A stretch of 64,000 nucleotides of DNA from an uncultured Actinomycetota bacterium (GCA_963801905.1 CAWDGP010000014.1:16215-80214), one strand, 5' to 3'. Numbered from the stretch's first letter, positions 38,641 to 47,955 are shown. Translations and numbers: made by a program. The notes: generated by a model not told the origin, from the sequence alone.

Positions 38641-39482
38641 TCGCGCTCTCCCTCGGGTCTCGTGAGCTCGCTGACGGCTGGTGGCCGGCCCTTCGTCCCG
38701 CCTGCATTCATCGCCAGGTTCCCCCCGTCGACGGGCAGGAGCACGCCGGTGACCATCGACGCCGCGTCGGAGACGAGGAAGATCACGGGCCCTACCATCT
38801 CGCGCGGCTCACCGAGCCGGTTCAGCGGGATGCCCGAGAGGAACTTCTCGCGGATCGCACCGAGCGACGGGTCGTCGAGCCGGTGGCGAAGGCCCGGCGT
38901 GAGGAACTGGCAGGGCTGGATGGCGTTCACTCGTATCCCGTGGCCGGCCCACTCGACGGCGAGCTCCTTCGTCATCGTTGCGATGGCGCCCTTGGACGCG
39001 CTGTAGGGAAATGACCCTCGGCCCACTCCGGAGGTCCCGGCGATCGAGCACATGTTCATGATCGAGCCGCCGCGCCCGCTCGCGATCATGCGCCGCCCCG
39101 CCTCGCGACAGCAGAGGAAATAGCTCGTGGTGTTGATGCGGAATGCCTTCTCCCAATCGTCGAGCGTGAGCTCCTCCGGGGCCCCGAACGTCGGGGTATA
39201 GGCGAGGTTGACGAGGATGTCCACCCGGCCGAAGCGCTCGTCCACCGCTGCGAAGGCCTCGGTGACGGCTCGCTCGTCCGATGCATCGGCGGGGAGCACG
39301 AGCGCCGCCCGTCCCTCGGCCTCGACCCCCGCCGACGAGGCGTTCAGCGTCTCCTCGTCGATGTCCAGCAGCGCGACGTCCGCGCCGAACGCGGCAAGCC
39401 CGGTGCAGATCGGCGTACCCAGCCCACCGCCGGCCCCCGTCACGACGGCGACCCGCCCGGTGAGGTCGAAGAGGTCGTTCAT
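38637..39482 (-). CDS. SDR-family oxidoreductase (canonical YxxxK)
   Basis: From ATG 39482: MNDLFDLTGRVAVVTGAGGGLG.., PYSASKGAI, IRVNAIQP. The start overlaps the upstream stop. Confidence 0.9.
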   Translation of the reverse strand: MNDLFDLTGRVAVVTGAGGGLGTPICTGLAAFGADVALLDIDEETLNASSAGVEAEGRAALVLPADASDERAVTEAFAAVDERFGRVDILVNLAYTPTFGAPEELTLDDWEKAFRINTTSYFLCCREAGRRMIASGRGGSIMNMCSIAGTSGVGRGSFPYSASKGAIATMTKELAVEWAGHGIRVNAIQPCQFLTPGLRHRLDDPSLGAIREKFLSGIPLNRLGEPREMVGPVIFLVSDAASMVTGVLLPVDGGNLAMNAGGTKGRPPAVSELTRPEGERE

Positions 39483-40447
39483 CACGCGCCTTCCGAGAGC
39501 TCGCCGGCGTTCACGATCGTCGGGACGGGGTCGCCGTTCAGGTAGGCGCTGCATCTCTCCGCGAGGAGCCGTCTGACCATGACGAGGGCCGTCTCGGAGT
39601 ACCACGCATCGTGGTTCGTCAGCACGAGGTTGGGTGCGGAGAGAATCGGATCGGAAGGGTCGGGCGGCTCGACCGGGAGCACGTCGAGCGCGGCGCCTGC
39701 GATCACTCCCCCGTGGAGCGCCGTGGCGAGGGCCGCAGTGTCGACGAGGCCGCCGCGAGAGACGTTGATGAGATATGCCGTCCGTTTCATCGAGCCCAGA
39801 CGGTTCCGATCGACCAGGTTGGCGGTCTCGGCGGTGAGTGGGCAGTGAAGGGACACCACGTCGGCTTCCGAGAACAACTCTTCGAGCGAGACCATCTGGA
39901 CCCCGGTCGGGGAGGAAGCCACGTCGTGGGCGATCACCCGGTCGAAGAAGGGCCCGAGCAGGCGGGCGACCTCGGCCCCGATCCTTCCGACGCCGACGAG
40001 CCCGAGCGTGCAGGTGGAGAGCCGCTCGACCGGACGAAGGTCGCTCCACGCGCCCCAGCGGCCGTCGTCGATGAGCTCACGGGAGCGGAGGACCCGGCGC
40101 ACCAGGGCGAGCGCCACGGCTGCGGTGTGGGTGGCGACTTCCTCGATGCAGTAGTCGGGGACGTTGATGACGGCGATCCCGCGGCGGCTCGCGGCTGCAA
40201 CGTCGACGTTGTCGACACCGACGCCGTATCGGCCGATCACTCGCCATCCCGGGCATCGCTCGATCACGCTCTCGTCGATGCGACCGTACTGGACGAGCAC
40301 GCCGTCGGCATCCCCGGCAGCACCTACGATCGCGTCGCCCGACACGCCTCCGGCGTCCTCGACCATGACACCGTGTGCCGCCGCCGCTTCCGATTCGATC
40401 GTGATGTCGGCAAAAGGCGCGTCCAACACGACGAGGCGCCCGCTCAA
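39482..40447 (-). CDS. D-isomer-specific 2-hydroxyacid dehydrogenase family protein
   Basis: TTG 40447 is preceded by GGAGGA. GLVGVGRIGAEVA, INVSRGGLVD, LDVLPVEP, TNHDAW. TTGA overlap with the upstream stop. Confidence 0.85.
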   Translation of the reverse strand: MSGRLVVLDAPFADITIESEAAAAHGVMVEDAGGVSGDAIVGAAGDADGVLVQYGRIDESVIERCPGWRVIGRYGVGVDNVDVAAASRRGIAVINVPDYCIEEVATHTAAVALALVRRVLRSRELIDDGRWGAWSDLRPVERLSTCTLGLVGVGRIGAEVARLLGPFFDRVIAHDVASSPTGVQMVSLEELFSEADVVSLHCPLTAETANLVDRNRLGSMKRTAYLINVSRGGLVDTAALATALHGGVIAGAALDVLPVEPPDPSDPILSAPNLVLTNHDAWYSETALVMVRRLLAERCSAYLNGDPVPTIVNAGELSEGA

Positions 40448-41250
40448 CGCACGTCCTCCGCCAGGTAGTCGTGCAGTATGCGGCCGGCGACGAGCGTGAA
40501 GTCTGCCCGCCAGAAGAACCCCTCCAGCGGCTCGACGACGGGCAGCCGCCAGACCGGCGCCTGGACGTTCGGCCGCAGCTCGACGCTGCACGGTCCGGTC
40601 CAGCACTCGTGGACGACCACGTCGGTCAAGCGCCGCGCCGTCAGCTGGCGAATCCCCGGCGTCCCGTCGATCTGCGGGATGAGCTTGTAGTTCAGGTTCT
40701 CGGTGAAGTCGAAGTGGCGCTTCATGTCGGCGGGGTCGGCCGCCCGCTGTTTGTACGGAAAGGTTGCCCTGAGGATCGTGATGCCGTTCCGCTCGACCTC
40801 GCCGACGATCAGGTCGCCGCGCGCTTCGAGCTCGAGCGCGGCGAGCTTCTTCGGCTGCCCGTGCACCTCGCGCCCATGGGCCACCCCGACGTCGGAATCG
40901 AGGTAGAGCGCGGTCGAGTAGCCGCCGTCGACGACGAGGCCGTCGCGGCTGAAGCGGGCCCCGACCATCACATTGCACTCGAGAGCCTGACCGACGAAGT
41001 CCGTGTCGGGCATCCGGTAGATGTGGGCCAGAACGACGTCCCCCAGGGGCTCCAGCGGAGGTGGGAGCAGCCGCTCGACTGCGGCTCGGTCCGTGCGCCA
41101 CGCCACCGTCAGGATGGAAACGTCTCGAAAGGCCAACGGGAACGGCGGGACGAGCGGCGCGTCCCACGGGAAGGAGAAGGGCCCGGAACCGGTGCCCGCG
41201 TCGACGAGGGGCTCGCCCGCGAAGGGTGCCCCGCGCCAGGGGCTATCCAT
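40444..41250 (-). CDS. Acetoacetate decarboxylase (ADC)-family protein
   Basis: From ATG 41250: MDSPWRGAPFAGEPLVDAG..PFPLAFRDVSILTVAWRTD..YLDSDVGVAHGREVHGQPKK... ADC-family length and pattern. Confidence 0.75.
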   Translation of the reverse strand: MDSPWRGAPFAGEPLVDAGTGSGPFSFPWDAPLVPPFPLAFRDVSILTVAWRTDRAAVERLLPPPLEPLGDVVLAHIYRMPDTDFVGQALECNVMVGARFSRDGLVVDGGYSTALYLDSDVGVAHGREVHGQPKKLAALELEARGDLIVGEVERNGITILRATFPYKQRAADPADMKRHFDFTENLNYKLIPQIDGTPGIRQLTARRLTDVVVHECWTGPCSVELRPNVQAPVWRLPVVEPLEGFFWRADFTLVAGRILHDYLAEDVR

Positions 41251-42394
41251 TGGCGAACCTGGCGACGGTGTCCCAGTTCCAGACGAGCCCGAGCCCGGGC
41301 CGATCGGGCAGCACGGCCCGGCCGTCGCGAATCTCCAGGGGCTCGTCGAGCAGCGTTTCCAGGGCATCGAGCCCCGAGTCCGGGGGCATGTACTCGAGCC
41401 CGGCGGGGTGCAGGTTCGAGAGGGCGGCTCCGAAGTGGACGTGCACGTTCGCGTGAACGTGCATGGACACAGGAAGCGCGCGAGCCGAAGCCAGAGCGGT
41501 TGCAGCCATGAGCTCTCGCACGCCGCCGGCCACCGTTGCGTCGCACCTGACGACGTCGACTGCGTCAGAGTCCAGAAGGTCGCGAAAGGCCCGGTGGCCG
41601 GTGAGGTTCTCGCCGAGCCCGATGGACATGCCCGACCGGCGCCGCAGGTCGCGAACGAGCGGCGCCGCCGTCTCCGAGAACGGATCCTCGACGTACGACA
41701 GGTCGTAAGGCTCGAGGAGGCGCAACCTGTGGAGCGCGTCCTCCAGGCCGCGGAACGTTCGGAAGGCGTCGACGACGAGCAGGGTGTCGTCGCCGACCAC
41801 CTCGCGGACGGCTTCGAGCCTCGAGGCGTCCAGCTGGGGTGAGCCGGCACCCACTGTCACCTTGACGGCGGTGCACCCGAGCTGCATGAAGGCGCCCATC
41901 TCCTCCTGAAGCCCCTCGAGCGGAGAGATTCCCTGGCGTACGTAGCCTCCCACGGCGCAGACCGGAACCTCGCTGCGCGACCTCCCGAGGAGATCGGCGA
42001 GCGGGAGCCCCGCCCGCTGTCCGAGGATGTCCCAGAGGGCGAGGTCGATCGCGCTGGCCGCGACTGTGAACAGGCCGCGCTCGGCGTAGGGCCAGTAGGC
42101 TCCCGCGAGCCGCGCGCGAATCGATTCGGGCTCCGTCGCGTCGGCGCCCACCAGGAGTGGTGCGAGTGAGCCCTCGACGATCGCGGCGACGGGGAGGCCC
42201 CGTGCGAATGCGTACGCGGCTCCGTCGAGCCCTGTCTCCGTCCGGATGCGTACGACCGCGTATGAGCGGCGGTCCACCACCGCGTCGCCGACGAGCAGCG
42301 GCCGCGGAAGCGGGACACTGCAGTCGAAGCACGCGACCTCCCGGATCGGGTCCGGGTCGAGGACGCGCGGTGCTTCGATGCCCTCGGGCCTCAC
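41243..42394 (-). CDS. Enolase-superfamily enzyme (mandelate racemase/muconate lactonizing family; probable acid-sugar dehydratase)
   Basis: From GTG 42394 (GTGA overlap with the lacI stop): ..AIDLALWDILGQRAG, VKVTVG, LVVDAF, YVEDPF, VRCDAT. Confidence 0.85.
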   Translation of the reverse strand: MRPEGIEAPRVLDPDPIREVACFDCSVPLPRPLLVGDAVVDRRSYAVVRIRTETGLDGAAYAFARGLPVAAIVEGSLAPLLVGADATEPESIRARLAGAYWPYAERGLFTVAASAIDLALWDILGQRAGLPLADLLGRSRSEVPVCAVGGYVRQGISPLEGLQEEMGAFMQLGCTAVKVTVGAGSPQLDASRLEAVREVVGDDTLLVVDAFRTFRGLEDALHRLRLLEPYDLSYVEDPFSETAAPLVRDLRRRSGMSIGLGENLTGHRAFRDLLDSDAVDVVRCDATVAGGVRELMAATALASARALPVSMHVHANVHVHFGAALSNLHPAGLEYMPPDSGLDALETLLDEPLEIRDGRAVLPDRPGLGLVWNWDTVARFANG

Positions 42395-43449
42395 GACAGA
42401 CTGAGCACACCGGCCGGGGCGGCTGTGGATCCTTCTACCTTCAGGGTCATGCGCACCACCTCCGTGCGCGGGGGGCGGCCGGGCGTCTCGAGACGGGATG
42501 TGATCATGCGAGCGGCCCTGAGTGCGAGCTCGTCGATGGGTCGCGAGATGACCGTGAGCTGGGGCCGCTTGACCGATGCGAGCTCGCTCTCGTCGAAGGC
42601 GACGAGCGAGACATCTTCGGGGACGCGCAGGCCCTTGTTGTCGAGGTATTCGAGGACTCCCGCGGTGATCGAGTTCGGGACACAGCAGAGTATCGCCGTC
42701 GCGCGCCTGTCCAGCATCTGCTCGGCGATCTCCCATCCCGATCCTCGGTCGATCCGGTGATACGGGACGACGACCTCGATCGCCGGCATGAGCCCGAGGC
42801 GCTCGACAGAGTCGCTGAACGCGGAGATCGCCTCGCGCCCCGGTCGCACGTCCTGGCTGATCGTGGCGATACCCACCATGCGGTGCCCGAGCGCAGCGAG
42901 GTGCTCGAGGGCACGCTCGATCCCGGCGCGCTGATCCGTCAGCACCACGTCCGCGACGACGCCCGGAATCTCGCGATCGAGGAGGACGAGCGGCCGCGAG
43001 AACGACGCCAGGCGGGCGGACAGCCCCGGCTCGTGCTCGTTGATCAACGACACGAGCAGCCCATCGACGCTTCGCTCGCGAAGGGACTCGAGCGACAACT
43101 GCTCCCCCGCGACGTCCCAGCCGGAGCTCGCGATCACGAGGCCGATGCCCGACCGGCGGAGGTCTTCCTCGATCACCTCCGCGATCTTGCTGAAGACGTC
43201 GTTGCTGATTGCGGGGACGAGAAGCCCGACGAGCCGGCTGCGCGTCGTGCGGAGGCCGCGAGCTGCGTTGTTGGCGCGGAAATCGAGGCGCGCGACAGCC
43301 TCGAGAACCCGCTCCCGGGTCACGCCGGCGACGTGAGGGGAGCCGTTCAGGACACGCGAGACCGTGGACTTCGAGACGTGCGCCTCCCGCGCCACGTCGA
43401 GAATGGTTGAGTCCCTGTCGCCGCGCGCACGTGTCGCGCTCATCGTCAC
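42391..43449 (-). CDS. LacI-family transcriptional regulator
   Basis: HTH ILDVAREAHVSKSTVSRVLNG plus a periplasmic-binding-fold effector domain. 352 aa. Confidence 0.9.
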   Translation of the reverse strand: MTMSATRARGDRDSTILDVAREAHVSKSTVSRVLNGSPHVAGVTRERVLEAVARLDFRANNAARGLRTTRSRLVGLLVPAISNDVFSKIAEVIEEDLRRSGIGLVIASSGWDVAGEQLSLESLRERSVDGLLVSLINEHEPGLSARLASFSRPLVLLDREIPGVVADVVLTDQRAGIERALEHLAALGHRMVGIATISQDVRPGREAISAFSDSVERLGLMPAIEVVVPYHRIDRGSGWEIAEQMLDRRATAILCCVPNSITAGVLEYLDNKGLRVPEDVSLVAFDESELASVKRPQLTVISRPIDELALRAARMITSRLETPGRPPRTEVVRMTLKVEGSTAAPAGVLSLS

Positions 43450-43488
43450 GCCTCTCGTCCGACCTCGTCACCGCACGGTCCACCGCTC

Positions 43489-44562
43489 GTGGGAACGTTC
43501 CCTACCATACGATGCCGAGTCGGGGAGCGCAAGCGAGCACCGATCTTGACGACAGGACGGACGGACAGTGACGAGGAGTTCCTCACGACCGAGACGGTCG
43601 GTCCCTACCTCGTCGACCGTGGCGTCTTCTCGCCTGCAGATGAGTTGAGGATCGCAGAGCTCGGCGGAGGTGTCTCGAACATCGTCCTGCGCGCTGAGAG
43701 CCCGGCCCGAGCTGTCGTCCTCAAGCAGGCGCTCCCACGCCTTCGCGTCGCCGACGAGTGGCTTGCCAACCGCGAGCGAGCGATCAACGAGGCCGAGGCG
43801 CTGCGTCTCGTCGGCGGGATCACCCCGGATCGTGTCCCTGTGCTCGTCGATCTCGACCGCGAGCGGTGTGCGCTCGTCACGAGTGCCGCACCGGTGGGAT
43901 CGACGAGCTGGAAGAGCAGGTTGTTGGACGGCGATGCGGATCCTCGGATCGCCCGGAGTCTCGGCGAGATCCTCGCCCGCTGGCACGCGACCACCCTCCT
44001 CGACGAGCAGGTCCGCGCCCTCTTCCCGGATACGGTCTTGTTCGACCAGCTGAGAGTCGACCCCTATTACCGTGCGACCGCAGCGCGCCGGCCCGACCTC
44101 GCGCGTCACATCGAGGGGTACGTCGAGCGAATGCAGCGCATCCGTCTCTGCCTCGTGCACGGCGACTTCTCGCCGAAGAACGTGCTCGTCGGCGATGGCA
44201 TCTGGGTGATCGACTTCGAGGTCGCGCACGTCGGCGACCCCTTGTTCGACGTCGCGTTCATGCTGACTCACTTGCTGCTGAAACGAGTACACATGCCCGG
44301 GATTCGCAACGTCGAGCAGAGCGTCCGAGCGTTCTGGGCTGGATATGAGGGAGCTGTGCCGGAGGCCCTTCGTCCCGACCGGCGATACCTCTTCGGGCAG
44401 CTCGGATGCCTCATGGTCGCCCGCATCGACGGGAAGTCCCCGGTCGAGTATCTCTCCGATCGCGAGCGGGTCACAGTCGCCGAGCTCGGCTCATCGCTCC
44501 TCAGGGATCCGCCCGACTCGATCGATGCCGTCCTCCGTCTCGTCGGTGCGAGCCTCACATGA
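43489..44562 (+). CDS. APH-fold (aminoglycoside/methylthioribose-kinase-like) small-molecule kinase; true start may be TTG 43546
   Basis: ELGGGVSNIVLR, LVHGDFSPKNVL (HxDxxxxN), VIDFEVA. GTG 43489 lies inside the operator palindrome. Confidence 0.75.
   Translation: MGTFPTIRCRVGERKRAPILTTGRTDSDEEFLTTETVGPYLVDRGVFSPADELRIAELGGGVSNIVLRAESPARAVVLKQALPRLRVADEWLANRERAINEAEALRLVGGITPDRVPVLVDLDRERCALVTSAAPVGSTSWKSRLLDGDADPRIARSLGEILARWHATTLLDEQVRALFPDTVLFDQLRVDPYYRATAARRPDLARHIEGYVERMQRIRLCLVHGDFSPKNVLVGDGIWVIDFEVAHVGDPLFDVAFMLTHLLLKRVHMPGIRNVEQSVRAFWAGYEGAVPEALRPDRRYLFGQLGCLMVARIDGKSPVEYLSDRERVTVAELGSSLLRDPPDSIDAVLRLVGASLT
43490..43502. promoter_or_regulatory. LacI-type operator: perfect 12-bp palindrome GGGAACGTTCCC (T-GGGAAC|GTTCCC)
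   Basis: Read directly in the 40-100 bp divergent region between lacI and the kinase gene. CG centre, as in LacI/GalR operators. Confidence 0.6.
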
Positions 44563-45869
44563 CGCTCTCGATCCGCGACCTGCGGGCACACGAGATCCTC
44601 GACTCGGGAGGCCGTCCCACGATCGAGGCGGAGGTAGAGCTCGCCGACGGGACGACCGCCCGCGCGAGCGTGCCGGCCGGGACGTCGACCGGTCAGCACG
44701 AGGCGCATGAGCTCCGCGATGGGGACAGGAGCCGCTACGACGGGCAGGGTGTCCTTCGGGCGGTGGCAGCCGTCGAGGAGACGATTCGCCCGGCCGTCCT
44801 GGGTCTCGATCCGCTCGATCAAGCCGGTCTCGACGCCACGCTCATCGAGCTCGACGGCACCGAGAGCCGCTCACGTCTCGGCGCGAACGCCATGCTCGCA
44901 GTCTCCACCGCCGTCGCCCGCGCTGCAGCCGCAGCGAGCCACATTCCGCTGTGGCGCCACCTGGGGGGCGGGACGTTGCTCCCGACGCCGATGGTCAACA
45001 TCATCAGCGGCGGCCTTCATGCCGAGGGAGAGCTGCCGTTCCAGGATTTCATGGTGATGCCGCTCCGAGGATCGACCTTCCGTGAGGCGCTCGAGACGGT
45101 CGCCGCCGTCCGCACCGCCACCGGCCGCCTGCTCGCCGAGCGCGGCCTGTCGACGTTGAAGGCGGCCGAAGGAGGATTCGGGCCGGCACTCGCGAGTCCC
45201 GCGAGCGCCCTCGAGATCCTCGTCGAGGCCATCGAACGCGCCGGGCTCACCCCCGGCGTCGACGTCTCGATCGCGATCGATGTCGCCGCAACCCATTTCT
45301 ACGACGGAACCGCGTACAGGCTTCCAGGTTCGACCGGGAACGTCGACTCGGATGCGATGATCGAGCTGCTCGCCCAGCTTGTCGAGGCGTATCCGATCGG
45401 GTCGATCGAGGACGGCCTGGCCGAGGACGACTGGGGTGGGTGGGCCAGGCTGACGGAGCGTCTGGCCTCCCGGGTTCAGCTCGTCGGCGACGACCTCTTC
45501 ACCACACGGGCCGAGCGGCTCTCGCGCGGCATCGAGAGCGGGGTCGCGAATGCCGTGCTCGTGAAGATGAATCAGATCGGGACGGTGACCGAGACGATCG
45601 CCATCGTCGGCCAGGCGCGGGCGGCCGGCTACGCGACGGTCGTCTCGGCGCGCTCCGGCGAGACCGAGGACGACTTCATCGCCGACCTTGCCGTCGCCGT
45701 GTCAGCCGGCCAGATCAAGATCGGATCGCTGGCGCAGTCCGAGCGCCTCGCGAAGTACAACCAGCTGCTGCGAATCGAGAGGTCGCTCGGCGCCACGGGA
45801 AGGTTCGCGGGGAGCGAGGCCATCGCGCCGTCGGGCACGTCGACGCCGAGGCCGAGCTCGCGGTCGTAG
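44559..45869 (+). CDS. eno: Enolase-family protein (phosphopyruvate hydratase paralogue with SARSGETED instead of SHRSGETED)
   Basis: ILDSGGRPTIEAEV, PAGTSTGQHEAHELRDGD, KMNQIGT, GQIKIGSLAQSERLAKYNQLLRIE. ATGA overlap with the kinase stop. Confidence 0.85.
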   Translation: MTLSIRDLRAHEILDSGGRPTIEAEVELADGTTARASVPAGTSTGQHEAHELRDGDRSRYDGQGVLRAVAAVEETIRPAVLGLDPLDQAGLDATLIELDGTESRSRLGANAMLAVSTAVARAAAAASHIPLWRHLGGGTLLPTPMVNIISGGLHAEGELPFQDFMVMPLRGSTFREALETVAAVRTATGRLLAERGLSTLKAAEGGFGPALASPASALEILVEAIERAGLTPGVDVSIAIDVAATHFYDGTAYRLPGSTGNVDSDAMIELLAQLVEAYPIGSIEDGLAEDDWGGWARLTERLASRVQLVGDDLFTTRAERLSRGIESGVANAVLVKMNQIGTVTETIAIVGQARAAGYATVVSARSGETEDDFIADLAVAVSAGQIKIGSLAQSERLAKYNQLLRIERSLGATGRFAGSEAIAPSGTSTPRPSSRS

Positions 45870-45900
45870 CCGTGTCACCGTTTGCATCCAGGAAAATGAA

Positions 45901-45934
45901 AGAGCCCCGGCTGCGGCACCCGGGGCTCTTTCTT
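45901..45934 (+). terminator. Rho-independent terminator after the enolase-family gene
   Basis: AGAGCCCCGG-N9-CCGGGGCTCT followed by TTCTT. Confidence 0.7.
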
Positions 45935-46199
45935 GAGGTGGAGCTTCGTCGCCGACCCTGCGGCTCGGTCGGCTCGCGCTCCCCGCACTAGCCTTTTCGG
46001 CCGGTGCAGTTGTAGGCGCCACTGTAGAAGCACGAGCTCGTTCTGTCAAGTGGACAGGTCAAGCGGATTGTGCAACTCTACTTCACCGCAAATCTGTCGC
46101 TCGGGACTCGAGTCTCGCCCCGTGCGGCCGATATCGCTCGTAACTTCTGGTCCTGTCCCCTTTGGGGGATTGCGCGCCGAAAGGTGGTATTGCAGACTC

Positions 46200-47550
46200 A
46201 TGGAACCGCTGGCTATGGAGGCAACCCGGACACAGCAGGCGACCGCGAGAGCACCACGGCTCGGCGACCGCGTGCGCCAGCTTCGCATCGCCGCGGGCAT
46301 GACACAGACCGATCTCGCCGCCGACCGGTTCTCGAAGGAGTACATCTCGCAGATCGAGCGCGGCAAGACGCGCCCGACCTCCGGGACGGTCGAGTGGCTC
46401 GCGGCCAGGCTGGGCGTCGATGCCACCTTCCTCGCCTCGGGCGTCTCCACCGACGACCGCGCCCGCGCAGAGGCCGTCCTTGCCCGCGCCGAGGCGCTCG
46501 TCGAGAAGCTCGAGTTCGGCGAGGCCGTCGACGAGTACGGCCGCGCGCTCTCGCCGGTCGCCTCGAGCGGATCGGTCGAGCTCCAGGTCCGGCACTTGTC
46601 CGGCGAGGCGTGGGCCCGGATGCACAACGGCGACGTTCGCGCCGGCATCGAGCTGCTCGGCCGCGCCCGCGCTCTCGTCGAGGGCCCCGCGTTCTCCGAC
46701 ACGGACCGCGCAGAGGTCGTCTTCCGCCTCGGCGTCGGCCGCTACCTGATCTCGAGCATCGCCACCGCCGTCGCGCTTTTCGGCGAGGCGCTCGCGCTGA
46801 TCGATCGCTCCCCGCTCCCTTCCGACCTCCTGCGCGCGAGCATCCTCACGTGGCGCGCGCGCTGCTACCGCCGCCAGCGCGACTACGAGGCAGCCCGGGA
46901 GGACATCGAGGGCGCCCTCGAGCTGGCCGAAGGCGATCGAGGATCCGCACACCCTCGGCGAGGCGTATCTCCAGGCCTCGCTCGTCGCCGAGCGCGACGG
47001 CCACTGGGTTCTCGCGCGCACCTACGCGGAGCGCGCCAAGGCGCAGTACGAGGAGGCGTCCGAAGTCGCCAACGTCGGGCGGCTGCTCAACAACCTCGGA
47101 GGCCTCGAGTTCCTGCTCGGCCGGCCGGAGAAGGCGATCGCGCGCCTGAAAGAGGCGTTCGCGGTCGCCCTCGACCACGGCACGGAGGACGACGTGGCGA
47201 CGGTGGTCTCGTCGCTCGCACAGGTGTACTTGAAGACCGGCGATCCGGCTGGGGCCGAGAGCCAGGCGCGTGACGCCTTGCGGCGGCTCGAAGGACGGGA
47301 GGATCGCATGGACGAGATCGGGAACGCGCGGCTCGTGCTGGGCCGTGCGCTTCTCGAGCAGGAGCGGCTCGACGAAGCCGAGGTGGCGCTGGGCGAGGCG
47401 GAAGACGCCCTCTCTCAGCTCTCCTCGGGCCCGCATCGGGCTGCGGCGTGGGTTGCGCAAGGCGATCTTGCTCGTCGACGTGGCGATGACCGCCAGGCCG
47501 CCGTGCTCTATCGGCGTGCGGCTGAGGCACTGCAGGACTTCAGGTTCTAA
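46200..47550 (+). pseudogene. XRE-family HTH + TPR-repeat regulator (paralogue of 58260-59582), frame break near 46931-46937
   Basis: LGDRVRQLRIAAGMTQTDLAADRFSKEYISQIERGKTRP (HTH_XRE). The protein is plausible up to ..EGALELAEG, then continues in another frame as IEDPHTLGEAYLQASL..LLNNLGGLEFLLGRPEKAI.. through to ..AAEALQDFRF. Confidence 0.8.
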
Positions 47551-47573
47551 CGGGAAGGGGGTGACAACCTACT

Positions 47574-47687
47574 GTGGCAAAGCTTTTCATTCATCTGACC
47601 GGCAAGCGTGCGCTGGTGATGGCTATTGCCGCCATCGGCGCAGTGCTCAACGCGAGGGGCTACGGCTTCTTCGACGGCGGGCACTGA
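47574..47687 (+). CDS. Candidate 37-aa secreted propeptide-like ORF VAKLFIHLTGKRALVMAIAAIGAVLNARGYGFFDGGH
   Basis: GTG lies 3 codons after an in-frame stop and 23 nt after the regulator stop. GGAAGGGGGTGA RBS-like sequence 10-12 nt upstream. Signal-peptide-like n/h regions, then a 10-12 aa polar tail. GC3 about 78%. Confidence 0.4.
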   Translation: MAKLFIHLTGKRALVMAIAAIGAVLNARGYGFFDGGH

Positions 47688-47811
47688 CGCAGGCGAGCCG
47701 CCCAACTGTGGCAAGCAACACCTGACATGGCCTGATCTGCGGAGCTCGGCTCCCACGGCCGCGTCTAGGGCGCCAAGCGTCCACCTACAACTCAGAGCCA
47801 TACCCCCCACA

Positions 47812-47857
47812 GACGGCGGGCCTGCGGCAGCCATGCCTTGGGTTCGCCGTCTTTTCC
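47812..47857 (+). terminator. Hairpin plus T-tract (GACGGCG..CGCCGTC-TTTTCC)
   Basis: Read directly. Lies downstream of the 37-aa ORF. Confidence 0.5.
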
Positions 47858-47921
47858 GTGCCAGAAGGAATCGGTGACCGCGGAGCGAACACGGCGTCAC
47901 TCAACAAGTACCTCTCCCCTC

Positions 47922-47955
47922 GGGCGGCGGCCTTCCCCAAGGCCGCCGCCCCCGT
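47922..47955 (+). terminator. GC-rich hairpin GGGCGGCGGCC-N8-GGCCGCCGCCC
   Basis: Perfect 11-bp stem with a weak GTTT tail. Lies just upstream of ctaA. Confidence 0.5.
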
